Part shown: positions 7,132 through 15,166 of the stretch, one piece after another
How the letters are laid out: each line of letters opens with the position of its first letter
Numbering within the stretch: the first letter of the stretch is position 1
Source: a virus
Length of the DNA stretch: 23,589 bases
Strand: one strand, 5' to 3'
UHGV virus genome: UHGV-0074613
Notes under the pieces: model-generated
Database searches by the model: none
The model's input: only the letters and a program-made list of their open reading frames with translations
What the model was told of the DNA's origin: nothing
Position numbers and translations under genes: made by a program

Positions 7132-7602
7132 ATGGTAGAGCAGACCCTGAAAGAAGTAGTGAAAGCGATGTGCAAAGCATATCCCGGTGGCCGCGAGGCT
7201 ATGGCTGGTGCATTGGGCATGTCAGTAACTCAGTTCAATAACAACCTGTATGAGAAAAACGGCTGTCGTTTCTTTGAGGTAACAGAGCTGGAAGCGATGG
7301 AAGACATTTCCAACACATCGCTGGTGGCTGATTACTTTGCTAAGCGTCGTGGTGCTTTGCTGGTGGACAGGCCACTCCTGGAAGATCTGGACCGCGTTGA
7401 TTTATTCAGTCGGGCAATACGTACATCTGCGGCGCGTGGGCAGGTTGACCAAATCATTGAGCAGGCTCTGGAAGATGGGGTGATCGAGCAGCATGAAGCA
7501 GAAGAAATTATGGAACATCACCGCCGCCACCTGGCAGCACGTGAGGAAGAGATTCAGGCAATCATCACTCTTTTCGGACGTAAGAAAAGCCAAAAAAAGT
7601 GA
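7132..7602 (+). CDS. YdaT/CII-like regulatory protein
   Basis: ATG 7132 with SD AAGGA at 8-nt spacing; follows the cro-like gene as in Rac-type ydaS-ydaT pairs. Family assignment is by position and general resemblance only. Confidence 0.5.
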   Translation: MVEQTLKEVVKAMCKAYPGGREAMAGALGMSVTQFNNNLYEKNGCRFFEVTELEAMEDISNTSLVADYFAKRRGALLVDRPLLEDLDRVDLFSRAIRTSAARGQVDQIIEQALEDGVIEQHEAEEIMEHHRRHLAAREEEIQAIITLFGRKKSQKK

Positions 7603-7663
7603 CGCCAGCGAGTGTGCAGCTCCTGGCGTCGTGGCGTGTCGTTATCAAGTGGAGAACTAACGC

Positions 7664-8002
7664 ATGAACAGTGTAAACCGATTCAGACCAGTTAAGCAAT
7701 TCAGATGCCCACCGCTGGTGGGGCGTGATGCCCCGTTCGGCTATGTGGGAATAGTACGTACAGCGAACGGAAGCCACAACTACCAGTGTGGTTCAGAGAT
7801 GGTAGAGGCGTTTACTCAGATGAATGAGAAGGGGCGTGAGGAGTGGCTGAAGTTGACCGGCGATTCAGAGACCACCGTGGAATCGAAGTCAGGGTTATCC
7901 GTTGGGAGCCCGAGACCGGACGCGTTATATACCTTCGCCAAGGGTACGATCATGAGTGCTTCAGCCCTCTTGAACAATTCCAGCGTAAGTTTACAGAGTT
8001 AA
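7664..8002 (+). CDS. Hypothetical protein (112 aa)
   Basis: ORF with SD GGAGAA 6 nt upstream of ATG; sits between the CII-like and O-like genes. Confidence 0.45.
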   Translation: MNSVNRFRPVKQFRCPPLVGRDAPFGYVGIVRTANGSHNYQCGSEMVEAFTQMNEKGREEWLKLTGDSETTVESKSGLSVGSPRPDALYTFAKGTIMSASALLNNSSVSLQS

Positions 8003-8011
8003 AGGACGACC

Positions 8012-8896
8012 ATGAGCACTAAATTAACCGGTTACGTTTGGGACGCTTGCGCTTCTTCAGGCATGAAGTTGTCCAGCGTTGCCATCATGGCGCGTCTGGC
8101 AGACTTCAGCAGCGATGAGGGAGTTAGCTGGCCTTCAATTGGCACTATTGCTCGTCAGATTGGCGCTGGTGAAAGCACTGTACGCACAGCGATATCCCAA
8201 CTGGAGAAGGATGGCTGGCTTACTCGTAAACAGCGCCGCAATGGCAACCGTAACGCCTCAAACGTGTATCAACTGAATGTCGCGAAGCTTCGTGATGCAG
8301 CTTTCTCTCACCTGTCAGATTCTGACGCATCAAAATCTGATGCATCAAAATCCGACCCGTCAAAATTTGAGGCATCAAAAAACGACGATAACGGCACTTT
8401 TGACCCGTCAGAATCTGGTGGGGATCCGTCAGTAAAATCAAAACCAGAACCATCAGTTAAAAATAAAACCCCTTGTCCGGTTCCTTCGAAACCTGACGAC
8501 GTCGATTCTGATCCTGCTGTTCAGGTTCTTGACCATTTCAACCAGGTCACCGGGTCTGAATACGGTCGTGGTGGTCGTAACAAAACCACGCTGGGATACA
8601 TCCGTGGTCGTCTCGCTGAAGATTACACCGCTGATGATTTGAAACTGGTGGTGGATTATCTCAACGCCAAGTGGGCAGACGATTCGAAGATGAGTGACTA
8701 CCTGCGCCCTAAAACGCTTTTCGGCGCGGAAAATTGCACGGAGTACTTCGAGAAGGCCAAGAAGTGGCGAAAGAGCGGTAGCCCGAAATGTGTCAACGGG
8801 CGCTGGGTCAAAGAGTCTGATCCGGTCCCTGTTACTCGTGAATCCTACGATAACGTTGATTACGCACTGCCTGAGAACGCGGGGTTCCGCCAATGA
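8012..8896 (+). CDS. Replication initiation protein (O-like: N-terminal wHTH + conserved phage C-terminal domain)
   Basis: N-terminus ...SWPSIGTIARQIGAGESTVRTAISQLEKDGWL is a winged-HTH typical of phage initiators; C-terminus ...QVTGSEYGRGGRNKTTLGYIRGRLAEDYTADDLKLVVDY matches the conserved replication-protein C-terminal domain; internal iterons. Confidence 0.75.
   Translation: MSTKLTGYVWDACASSGMKLSSVAIMARLADFSSDEGVSWPSIGTIARQIGAGESTVRTAISQLEKDGWLTRKQRRNGNRNASNVYQLNVAKLRDAAFSHLSDSDASKSDASKSDPSKFEASKNDDNGTFDPSESGGDPSVKSKPEPSVKNKTPCPVPSKPDDVDSDPAVQVLDHFNQVTGSEYGRGGRNKTTLGYIRGRLAEDYTADDLKLVVDYLNAKWADDSKMSDYLRPKTLFGAENCTEYFEKAKKWRKSGSPKCVNGRWVKESDPVPVTRESYDNVDYALPENAGFRQ
8308..8382 (+). repeat. 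Iteron array (putative replication origin) inside the O-like gene
   Basis: Four 15-bp direct repeats (TGACGCATCAAAATC, TGATGCATCAAAATC, CGACCCGTCAAAATT, TGAGGCATCAAAAAA) plus one degenerate copy; followed by a fairly A-rich stretch (8440-8470). Confidence 0.6.
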
Positions 8897-9366
8897 GCAT
8901 GCTGAAAGAAGTTCAGGCCTTCCTTGCCAAAAATCCTGGGTCCGGAAGTGCGGAGATTGTGGAGGCGTTCAGCCAGTACAGCGCACGAAGTATTCAACGC
9001 ACAGTGTGCCGACTTTATGACCTGAACCGTGCTACTCGTGAAACCGTTGGTAACCGCTTTGTCTACTCAGCTGATATGCCACTGGATATGGCGAAAGGGT
9101 GCGCTTCTCCTGCAAAAGTCGTTGTTCAACAAATGCCACGACAGGTAGTTACTCATCTCATCGAAAAAGCCGATCACCTTATGAGTCGTGGACTTTATCG
9201 CCGCGCTGCCACGATGTTCATGGAAGCGTTCGAAGGGGCTGTTCATACCGAAGAGCGAGACTATTGCTTACGCCAGCGTCAGCGCTGCCTAAAGAAATGC
9301 GCAGTGGACAAAAAGCGGCAGGAGGAATGGTGTCTTGCCGGGAAGTTTTGTGGAGGTGACATGTGA
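8893..9366 (+). CDS. Hypothetical regulator, possibly PerC-like C-terminal domain
   Basis: 157-aa ORF coupled to the O-like stop (ATGA). C-terminal RGLYRRAATMF...RQRQRCLKK resembles the G-(L/Y)-WRRAA core of PerC/Pch regulators (recollection, not searched). Confidence 0.4.
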   Translation: MSMLKEVQAFLAKNPGSGSAEIVEAFSQYSARSIQRTVCRLYDLNRATRETVGNRFVYSADMPLDMAKGCASPAKVVVQQMPRQVVTHLIEKADHLMSRGLYRRAATMFMEAFEGAVHTEERDYCLRQRQRCLKKCAVDKKRQEEWCLAGKFCGGDM

Positions 9367-10031
9367 ACTACGAGCTGATTTACGCCGATCCTCCATGGTC
9401 ATACGACAACACAGCCAGCAACGGTGCAGCAGAAAACCATTATGGAACGATGAAGCTCATCGACATTAAACGCCTTCCAGTGTGGGAGCTTTCTGCTGAA
9501 AACGCCGTGTTGGCCATGTGGTACACCGGGACGCATACCCGCGAGGCTATAGAGCTGGCGGAAGCATGGGGATTCAAGGTCCGCACGATGAAGGGCTTCA
9601 CCTGGGTCAAGTTCAATCCGCTCGCGGAGAAGCACATCAACAAAGCGCTGCAGGCTGGGGGTGTGGAGGACTTTTACGATTTCCTCGACCTGTTGAACGT
9701 CCAGACCAGGATGAACGGCGGCAACCACACCCGAGCCAATACAGAAGACCTGTTGATCGCCACAAAAGGGAAGGGGTTAGAGCGCCTGAACGCCGGTATT
9801 AAGCAGGTTGTTTACAGCCCACTCGGTGTACACAGCCAAAAGCCCTGGGAAGTTCGCCACCGCTTAGAGCTACTTTACGGTGATGTATCGCGCATTGAAT
9901 TATTCAGCCGCAACGGTTCGCCAGGCTGGGACCACTGGGGCAATGAAGCGGAAAACCCTTCGGTGTTTATGGCTCCTGGTTATGTCTGTCCGGTTGATAT
10001 GCAGGATGAGGTGACCAATGCCGGGTATTGA
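9363..10031 (+). CDS. MT-A70-family N6-adenine DNA methyltransferase
   Basis: N-terminal YADPPWSY (DPPW motif); 222 aa; GTG start overlapping the upstream stop with SD GGAGG. Confidence 0.8.
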   Translation: MNYELIYADPPWSYDNTASNGAAENHYGTMKLIDIKRLPVWELSAENAVLAMWYTGTHTREAIELAEAWGFKVRTMKGFTWVKFNPLAEKHINKALQAGGVEDFYDFLDLLNVQTRMNGGNHTRANTEDLLIATKGKGLERLNAGIKQVVYSPLGVHSQKPWEVRHRLELLYGDVSRIELFSRNGSPGWDHWGNEAENPSVFMAPGYVCPVDMQDEVTNAGY

Positions 10032-10236
10032 AGAGCGTAACCTCCTGAAGAACATTGCCCGGAAAGTGAATGATGAAATCAGAGCAGAGCGGAAAGCCAG
10101 GCCCAATGAAAGCCCTGACTCGATATCGAGAAGGATCATGAACCGAGAAATGCCGATGGTTAAGTTGATGGGTTTTATGCCGTCCCATCTCTACTTCGAG
10201 ATCGGTGTGCTCAATGGCAAATGTAAGGAGCGGTGA
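10018..10236 (+). CDS. Hypothetical small protein (72 aa)
   Basis: SD GAGGTGA directly upstream of ATG; basic and charged. Confidence 0.45.
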   Translation: MPGIEERNLLKNIARKVNDEIRAERKARPNESPDSISRRIMNREMPMVKLMGFMPSHLYFEIGVLNGKCKER

Positions 10237-10237
10237 G

Positions 10238-10558
10238 ATGGAACAGTTAACAATGCGTCAGGAAGAAGTACTTGGGATTATCGAAAACTACCAGCAGCGT
10301 ATGGGGTTTCCGCCAACCGTCTACGAGCTGGCAAATCTGATGGGCTGCACATCCGGCAATGCGGCGGCGATTCAAATCAAGGCTCTGGAGAAGAAGGGCT
10401 ATATCTCTGTCGCTCGCGGCGCAGCCAGGGGGATCACCATTCTGCGGGAGAGTCAGGAGCCTGATGCTGTAAGCATCGTTCGGGCGCTGCTGGTGGGCGA
10501 TGCTGACGCGCGTCAGAAAGCAGTCTCCTGGCTGGAATCAAAAGGGGTAACGATTTGA
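10238..10558 (+). CDS. LexA DNA-binding-domain-only protein (no S24 peptidase domain)
   Basis: From ATG 10238 (SD AAGGAG, 7-nt spacing): MEQLTMRQEEVLGII...GFPPTVYELANLMGCTSGNAAAIQIKALEKKGYISVARGAARGITIL aligns along its length with the LexA N-terminal domain (LTARQQEVFDLI...[47 protein letters not shown]). Ends about 30 aa later with no Ser/Lys protease domain. Confidence 0.75.
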   Translation: MEQLTMRQEEVLGIIENYQQRMGFPPTVYELANLMGCTSGNAAAIQIKALEKKGYISVARGAARGITILRESQEPDAVSIVRALLVGDADARQKAVSWLESKGVTI

Positions 10559-10953
10559 AACTGACACTCCCGTTTCCCCCAACGGTCAATTCCTACTACC
10601 GCGCCCCTGATAAGGGCGCTTTGAAGGGTAAGCACCTGATCAGCGAGGCAGGCCGTAAATTCAAGAAGAACGTCTATGCCGCAGTGGTGACGCAGTATGG
10701 CGGTATACCAAAGCCGGTAACTATTGACGTTGAGGTGAACATTACGCTTTACCCGCCAGACAGACGCCGCCGCGACCTGGACAACTACAACAAGGCGCTC
10801 TTTGACGCACTGACCAACGCCAGAGTGTGGGCTGATGATAGCCAGGTTAAGCGCATGCAAATTGAATGGGGGCATGTGGTGAAGCAGGGGAAGGTTGATA
10901 TGACCATCTCAAAATATCAACGGGATGGAGACTGTTGCCATGCTTCCTCCTAA
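10555..10953 (+). CDS. rusA: RusA Holliday-junction resolvase
   Basis: LTLPFPPTVNSYYR and PDRRRRDLDNYNKALFDAL motifs; probable TTG start with SD AGGGG. Confidence 0.85.
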   Translation: MKLTLPFPPTVNSYYRAPDKGALKGKHLISEAGRKFKKNVYAAVVTQYGGIPKPVTIDVEVNITLYPPDRRRRDLDNYNKALFDALTNARVWADDSQVKRMQIEWGHVVKQGKVDMTISKYQRDGDCCHASS

Positions 10954-11029
10954 AAATGAGTGTATTGTAAGCAAGTGCCAGCGAACCGGGAGTGCAGTCC
11001 CGCTCGCATTACAACAAGTGGAGAGGCCA

Positions 11030-11844
11030 ATGGATCAGTTATTCGTAATTGATGGCGTTTCTGTACGCCAGTATTTTGAATCTAACTATTGCCTGAATGA
11101 CCTTCAGAAAGCAGCCATTAACGCTAGTGGTGAAACTCGCTCATCACGATCGATGGAGGTTTACGAGTTCATGCGCTGCCCTGAAACGCAGGCGCTTGTA
11201 GAATTGCTCGAAAAAGAAACTACGGGAAATTCCCGTAGTATCCCGGTAATGACTATCCAGGGACGTAATGGCGGTACTTACGTTTGCAAAGAACTGGTTT
11301 ACGCATACGCGATGTGGATCAGCCCTGCGTTTAATCTCAAAGTAATCCGGACATTTGACGCCCTTCAAAACCCAACTTCGGAAAGCATCACATCAGACAA
11401 AATTCAGGCTGGCGTGATCCTGCTTGAATCAGCGGCTAAAATGCTGAACCTCTCAAACTCTTCAAGACTTGGTGCGTACCAGAAGCTTCAGCAAGTAGCA
11501 GGACTCCCTGATTTATGCCGCACTACGCCATTGATGCCCCTGCTGGTGCGCCAGACGGTTCAAGCCGTCCAACTCAATCCCTTAGCGCTTTACTCAAAGC
11601 CAACAATCTTCGCATCACGGCTAATCAGGTCTACCACATGATGTCCAGACAGGGCATCGTTGAGCAAAAAGAGCGCCGCAGCCGTTCCGGTGTTAATGGC
11701 GTGAAGAAGTTCTGGTCTCTCACTGCCAAGGGTTGCCTGTACGGGAAGAACATCACCAGCCCGGCAAACCCACGCGAAACACAGCCGCATTTCTTCGAAT
11801 CGAAGTTTGCGGAGTTGATGAAAATTATCGATCTCGTTGGCTGA
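11030..11844 (+). pseudogene. KilA-N domain protein (antirepressor-like), apparently split by a frameshift near 11510
   Basis: KilA-N-like segment (...GRNGGTYVCKELVYAYAMWISPAFNLKVI) in one frame to 11641; the continuation (MPHYAIDAPAGAPDGSS...) is in another frame from 11515 with no SD. Frames would join by a 1-nt indel near CCCTGATTTATGCC. Confidence 0.5.
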
Positions 11845-11851
11845 GGTGTAA

Positions 11852-12841
11852 GTGAGAGCTCTGTTAACGCCGGAAGTTGCTAATGGGCTGGGTATCGTAT
11901 TGTTCCGTCCCGGTCCTGACCTGATGTACCTGTTCAAACGTGGGCGCGTACTGATTGAAGAAGAGCCGGAGAACTACGCCACCTTTCCAACAGGGGCAAT
12001 CCCTCCCGCATCTCAACCACTGGCAGAAGAGCCAATGATGAAGGCCGTGTTTGAGAATAAGAAGGTGATAGCGCGTGCTGGTGGGCTTGTTTCACTCGAC
12101 AGGTGGTTAGAGAGTTCATTCGTCTGTCAGTGGCCCCACAACGACTATCACAGCCCGCATTTTACGCTGTTTCGCCATTATCCAGGCTCAATCAGATTGT
12201 GCTGGGCATGTGATAACCAATTACGTGATCAGACCACGGAAAGACTGGCAGGCATAGCGCGTGAAAACCTGGTATCCTGGATTTTATCTGTAGTGCTTCG
12301 TGAGCTGGGTTTCAGTGATGACCACCAGCTTACTCTTCCTGAGTTTTGCTGGTGGATGGTGCGAAGTGGCCTGGCTGATGTCATCCCTGAAGGGATAGCG
12401 ACTAAAGCCATGGGAATGAAGCCAGAAGAGCATCAGTCAGTGATGCGGGAGAGTGACATTGTTCCGCGTCCGGCAGCGACGGAAGTACTGCAGGAAAGGG
12501 CGAAAAAGGTACTGACGATAAAGGTTGATGACGAATCGCCGGAATCTTTCATGCTGAGGCCTAAGCGCCGTCGCTGGGAAAATGAGAAGTACACGCGCTG
12601 GGTTAAAGCACAGCCGTGCGCCTGCTGTAACAAGCAGGCAGATGACCCCCATCACCTGATAGGCCACGGTCAGGGTGGAATGGGTACAAAAGCGCATGAT
12701 CTCTTTGTGTTGCCGTTGTGCAGGCTGCATCACCGGGAGCTTCATGATGACACCGTGGCATTTGAGAAGAAATACGGCTCACAACTGGAGCTGATATTTC
12801 GTTTTATCGATCGTGCGCTGGCAACCGGCGTACTGGCGTAA
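11852..12841 (+). CDS. DUF968-family phage protein (YdfU-like) with C-terminal HNH/zinc-finger-like motif
   Basis: 329 aa; C-terminal CACCNKQADDPHHLIGHGQGGMGTKAHDLFVLPLCRLHHRELHDD; sits immediately upstream of Q as in Qin-type prophages. Confidence 0.65.
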   Translation: MRALLTPEVANGLGIVLFRPGPDLMYLFKRGRVLIEEEPENYATFPTGAIPPASQPLAEEPMMKAVFENKKVIARAGGLVSLDRWLESSFVCQWPHNDYHSPHFTLFRHYPGSIRLCWACDNQLRDQTTERLAGIARENLVSWILSVVLRELGFSDDHQLTLPEFCWWMVRSGLADVIPEGIATKAMGMKPEEHQSVMRESDIVPRPAATEVLQERAKKVLTIKVDDESPESFMLRPKRRRWENEKYTRWVKAQPCACCNKQADDPHHLIGHGQGGMGTKAHDLFVLPLCRLHHRELHDDTVAFEKKYGSQLELIFRFIDRALATGVLA

Positions 12842-13687
12842 GTGGAGAACGCTATGAACCTTGAAGCCCTACCAAAATTTTATTCACCAAAATCGCCAAA
12901 GTTGAGTGATGACGCGCCAGCAACCAGCAATGATGCATTGTCTGTGACTGATGTGATGGCTGCACAGGGGATGACACAGAACCGCGCATCATTTGGCTTT
13001 TCTGCGTTCCTGGGGAAGTTGGGGATCAGCATCACTGAAAAAGAAAAGGCTATCGCGCTTCTTTCTAATTATGCCCTTGCTCGCTGCGACAGAGTCCCGG
13101 CGCTTCGAAAATTGAGCGCTGAAATCAAGCCAAAAGTAATTCGCATTCTCGCTGTTTATGCATTCGAGGATTATTCTCGAAGTGCAAGCACTACACGAAT
13201 CTGTGACTGCTGTAATGGTGAAGGGTTTATTGATGCCGAAGTCTTCAGCATGAAAACCCACACACCAGGCAAGAATAAAGAATTTGTCAAAATGTCACTG
13301 CATATGGGCGTAAAAGATATCAAGCCATCAGCATATGAGGTGCGCAGACAAGTGAGAGAAATAAACCGCGTTCTGTGCCATCAGTGCAAAGGGAAGAAAG
13401 TAGTTAGTTCCTCATGCAACGATTGCCATGGTCGCGGTAAGGCCGTAAACCGCGAATTAACTGCAAAGCAGGGAGTACCGGTATTCACCGACTGTAAACG
13501 ATGCGGTGGTAATGGCTATGCAAGAATGCCGTCAACGGAAGCACTGGAAGCAATACGCCTTGTTACTGATGCCATTTCTCTCGATACATGGAAAAAGTCT
13601 GTGAAGAAGTTCTATGACGATCTCATTGAAAAGTTCGAAGTAGAAGAGGCATGGGCTGAAGAGCAATTGCGGCGGGTAACAAAATAA
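12842..13687 (+). CDS. Late-gene antiterminator Q (QuuQ-like)
   Basis: Last gene before the tandem terminators and lysis cassette; four CxxCxGxG-type Cys pairs (CDCCNGEG, CHQCKGKK, CNDCHGRG, CKRCGGNG). Alternative start ATG 12854. Confidence 0.65.
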   Translation: MENAMNLEALPKFYSPKSPKLSDDAPATSNDALSVTDVMAAQGMTQNRASFGFSAFLGKLGISITEKEKAIALLSNYALARCDRVPALRKLSAEIKPKVIRILAVYAFEDYSRSASTTRICDCCNGEGFIDAEVFSMKTHTPGKNKEFVKMSLHMGVKDIKPSAYEVRRQVREINRVLCHQCKGKKVVSSSCNDCHGRGKAVNRELTAKQGVPVFTDCKRCGGNGYARMPSTEALEAIRLVTDAISLDTWKKSVKKFYDDLIEKFEVEEAWAEEQLRRVTK

Positions 13688-13791
13688 AAACCAGTTAAAT
13701 TTAGATGTGATATTTACTTTTCCCGAATCTGTGTTAATTTTTATCTAACGATGGGCTTTGTATGTCCACGGTTAGAAAGAATATCAAAAAA

Positions 13792-13849
13792 CCTCGCTTC
13801 GGCGGGGTTTTCGCGTTTTTAGGGCTGCCAATTGGTGGCCTTTTTTATT
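13792..13849 (+). terminator. Tandem intrinsic terminators (tR'-like) between Q and the lysis genes
   Basis: CCTCGC-TTCG-GCGGGG hairpin plus TTTTCGCGTTTTT (13792-13820); GCCA-ATTGG-TGGC hairpin plus TTTTTTATT (13823-13849). PR'/qut presumably in 13690-13790 but not pinpointed. Confidence 0.65.
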
Positions 13850-13891
13850 CCCCTCGTTCTGAGAGGACTCACGGCAATAAGAGGGGGCTAA

Positions 13892-14287
13892 ATGTCCGAT
13901 CCTGTTTCTGGCACTACGGTTGCCGCTGGTGGCCTTATGGGTGCCAGTGTTTTTGGTATCGCAACCGGTATTGATTATGGCGTGGTGTTTGGCGCTTTCG
14001 CAGGAGCTGTGTTCTACGTGGCGACAGCAGCAAACATCAGCAGGATGAAGTTGGTTGGCTATTTCGTGACGTCGTTTATTGTCGGCGTTCTCGGCGCGGG
14101 GCTTGTCGGTTCGTACCTTGCCAAATGGACAGGCTATAGTGACAGGCCGCTTGATGCACTCGGAGCGGTGGCGGTAGCTGCATTAGCCATCAAACTTCTT
14201 ACCTTCATCAACAGTCAGGATTTGGGAAGCCTGTTCAGTATGCTTTCGCGATTGCGTGGAGGAGGGGCCAGCAATGGTAACAAGTGA
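13892..14287 (+). CDS. Putative holin-like membrane protein (131 aa, about 4 TM)
   Basis: Gly/Ala/Val-rich hydrophobic segments; first gene after tR', directly upstream of the endolysin; SD GAGGGGG. Confidence 0.55.
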   Translation: MSDPVSGTTVAAGGLMGASVFGIATGIDYGVVFGAFAGAVFYVATAANISRMKLVGYFVTSFIVGVLGAGLVGSYLAKWTGYSDRPLDALGAVAVAALAIKLLTFINSQDLGSLFSMLSRLRGGGASNGNK

Positions 14288-14555
14288 TCCTTCAGCGATG
14301 ATTAATGCGGGTATTTGCGCGGTCATCGTACTTGCTTTGATGTTTTACCAGCGTGGCGGTGCCAGACATCGCCCGATAGTTTCTCTTCTCGCTTACTTCA
14401 CGGTGCTGGTTTATGCCAGCATCCCGTTCCGCTATCTGTTCGGCCTCTACCAGGAATCACACTGGCTGGTGGTCATCGTTAACATCCTGATATGCGCCGC
14501 CGTGCTTTGGGCTCGGGGAAACGTGGCGCGTCTTATTGATGCTCTGAGGCACTAA
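14274..14555 (+). CDS. Putative holin/antiholin-like membrane protein (about 93 aa, 3 TM)
   Basis: Three hydrophobic helices; ATG 14274 with SD GGAGGGG; stop overlaps the endolysin start. Confidence 0.55.
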   Translation: MVTSDPSAMINAGICAVIVLALMFYQRGGARHRPIVSLLAYFTVLVYASIPFRYLFGLYQESHWLVVIVNILICAAVLWARGNVARLIDALRH

Positions 14556-15166
14556 TGAACCAATCACAATTTCAACAGGCGGCTGTTATTAGCGCCGGGT
14601 TAGCTGCACGCTGGTTTCAGCCGATTACGGATGCAATGAAAGAGTTCGGCATCACGGAGCCAAAAGATAAGGCGATGTTCATTGCTCAGGTAGGACATGA
14701 ATCAGCGGGATTCTCTGCGCTGGTGGAGAACTTCAACTACACACCTGCTGCATTACTGACGACGTTTGGACGCCGGGTAACGAACTACCAGGCATCAATG
14801 CTTGGACGTGCCAACGGTAAGCCAGCAAGTCAGGAAGCTATCGCAAACCTGGTATACAGCAACCGCCTGGGTAACAAAGCTGCTGGTGATGGCTGGAAAT
14901 ACCGTGGGCGTGGGTTAATTCAGATTACCGGTCTCACCAATTACCGTGATTGCGGTATTGGTCTTAAGCTTGACCTGGTTACTACCCCTGAACTGCTGGA
15001 GAAAGACATTAATGCTGCACGTTCTGCTGCATGGTTCTACGCCTCCAAAGGTTGTCTGAAGTACACCGATGACCTGGTGCGCATCACTCAGATTATCAAT
15101 GGCGGTCAGAACGGCATTAATGACAGACGCGTGCGTTACGCCAAAGCGAAAGCGGTGATTGCATGA
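14555..15166 (+). CDS. Endolysin, glycoside hydrolase family 19 (chitinase-like lysozyme)
   Basis: FIAQVGHESAGF and YRGRGLIQITGLTNYRDCG match the GH19 phage endolysin pattern; 203 aa; positioned between holins and spanins. Confidence 0.85.
   Translation: MNQSQFQQAAVISAGLAARWFQPITDAMKEFGITEPKDKAMFIAQVGHESAGFSALVENFNYTPAALLTTFGRRVTNYQASMLGRANGKPASQEAIANLVYSNRLGNKAAGDGWKYRGRGLIQITGLTNYRDCGIGLKLDLVTTPELLEKDINAARSAAWFYASKGCLKYTDDLVRITQIINGGQNGINDRRVRYAKAKAVIA

Noticed and set aside
8308-8382. 15-bp tandem repeats as a CRISPR array or a mere low-complexity coding repeat
   Set aside because: The repeats are contiguous without spacers, lie in-frame inside the O-like gene, and have no cas genes nearby. 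An iteron origin fits better.
8220-8893. Minus-strand ORFs (77 aa and 146 aa) inside the O-like gene
   Set aside because: Antisense to a well-supported coding sequence, no RBS, basic irregular composition typical of shadow ORFs.
9399-9802. Antisense and alternate-frame ORFs within the methyltransferase gene
   Set aside because: They overlap a gene with a clear DPPW methyltransferase motif, lack translation signals and have Gly/Arg/His-rich composition typical of GC-rich frame artefacts.
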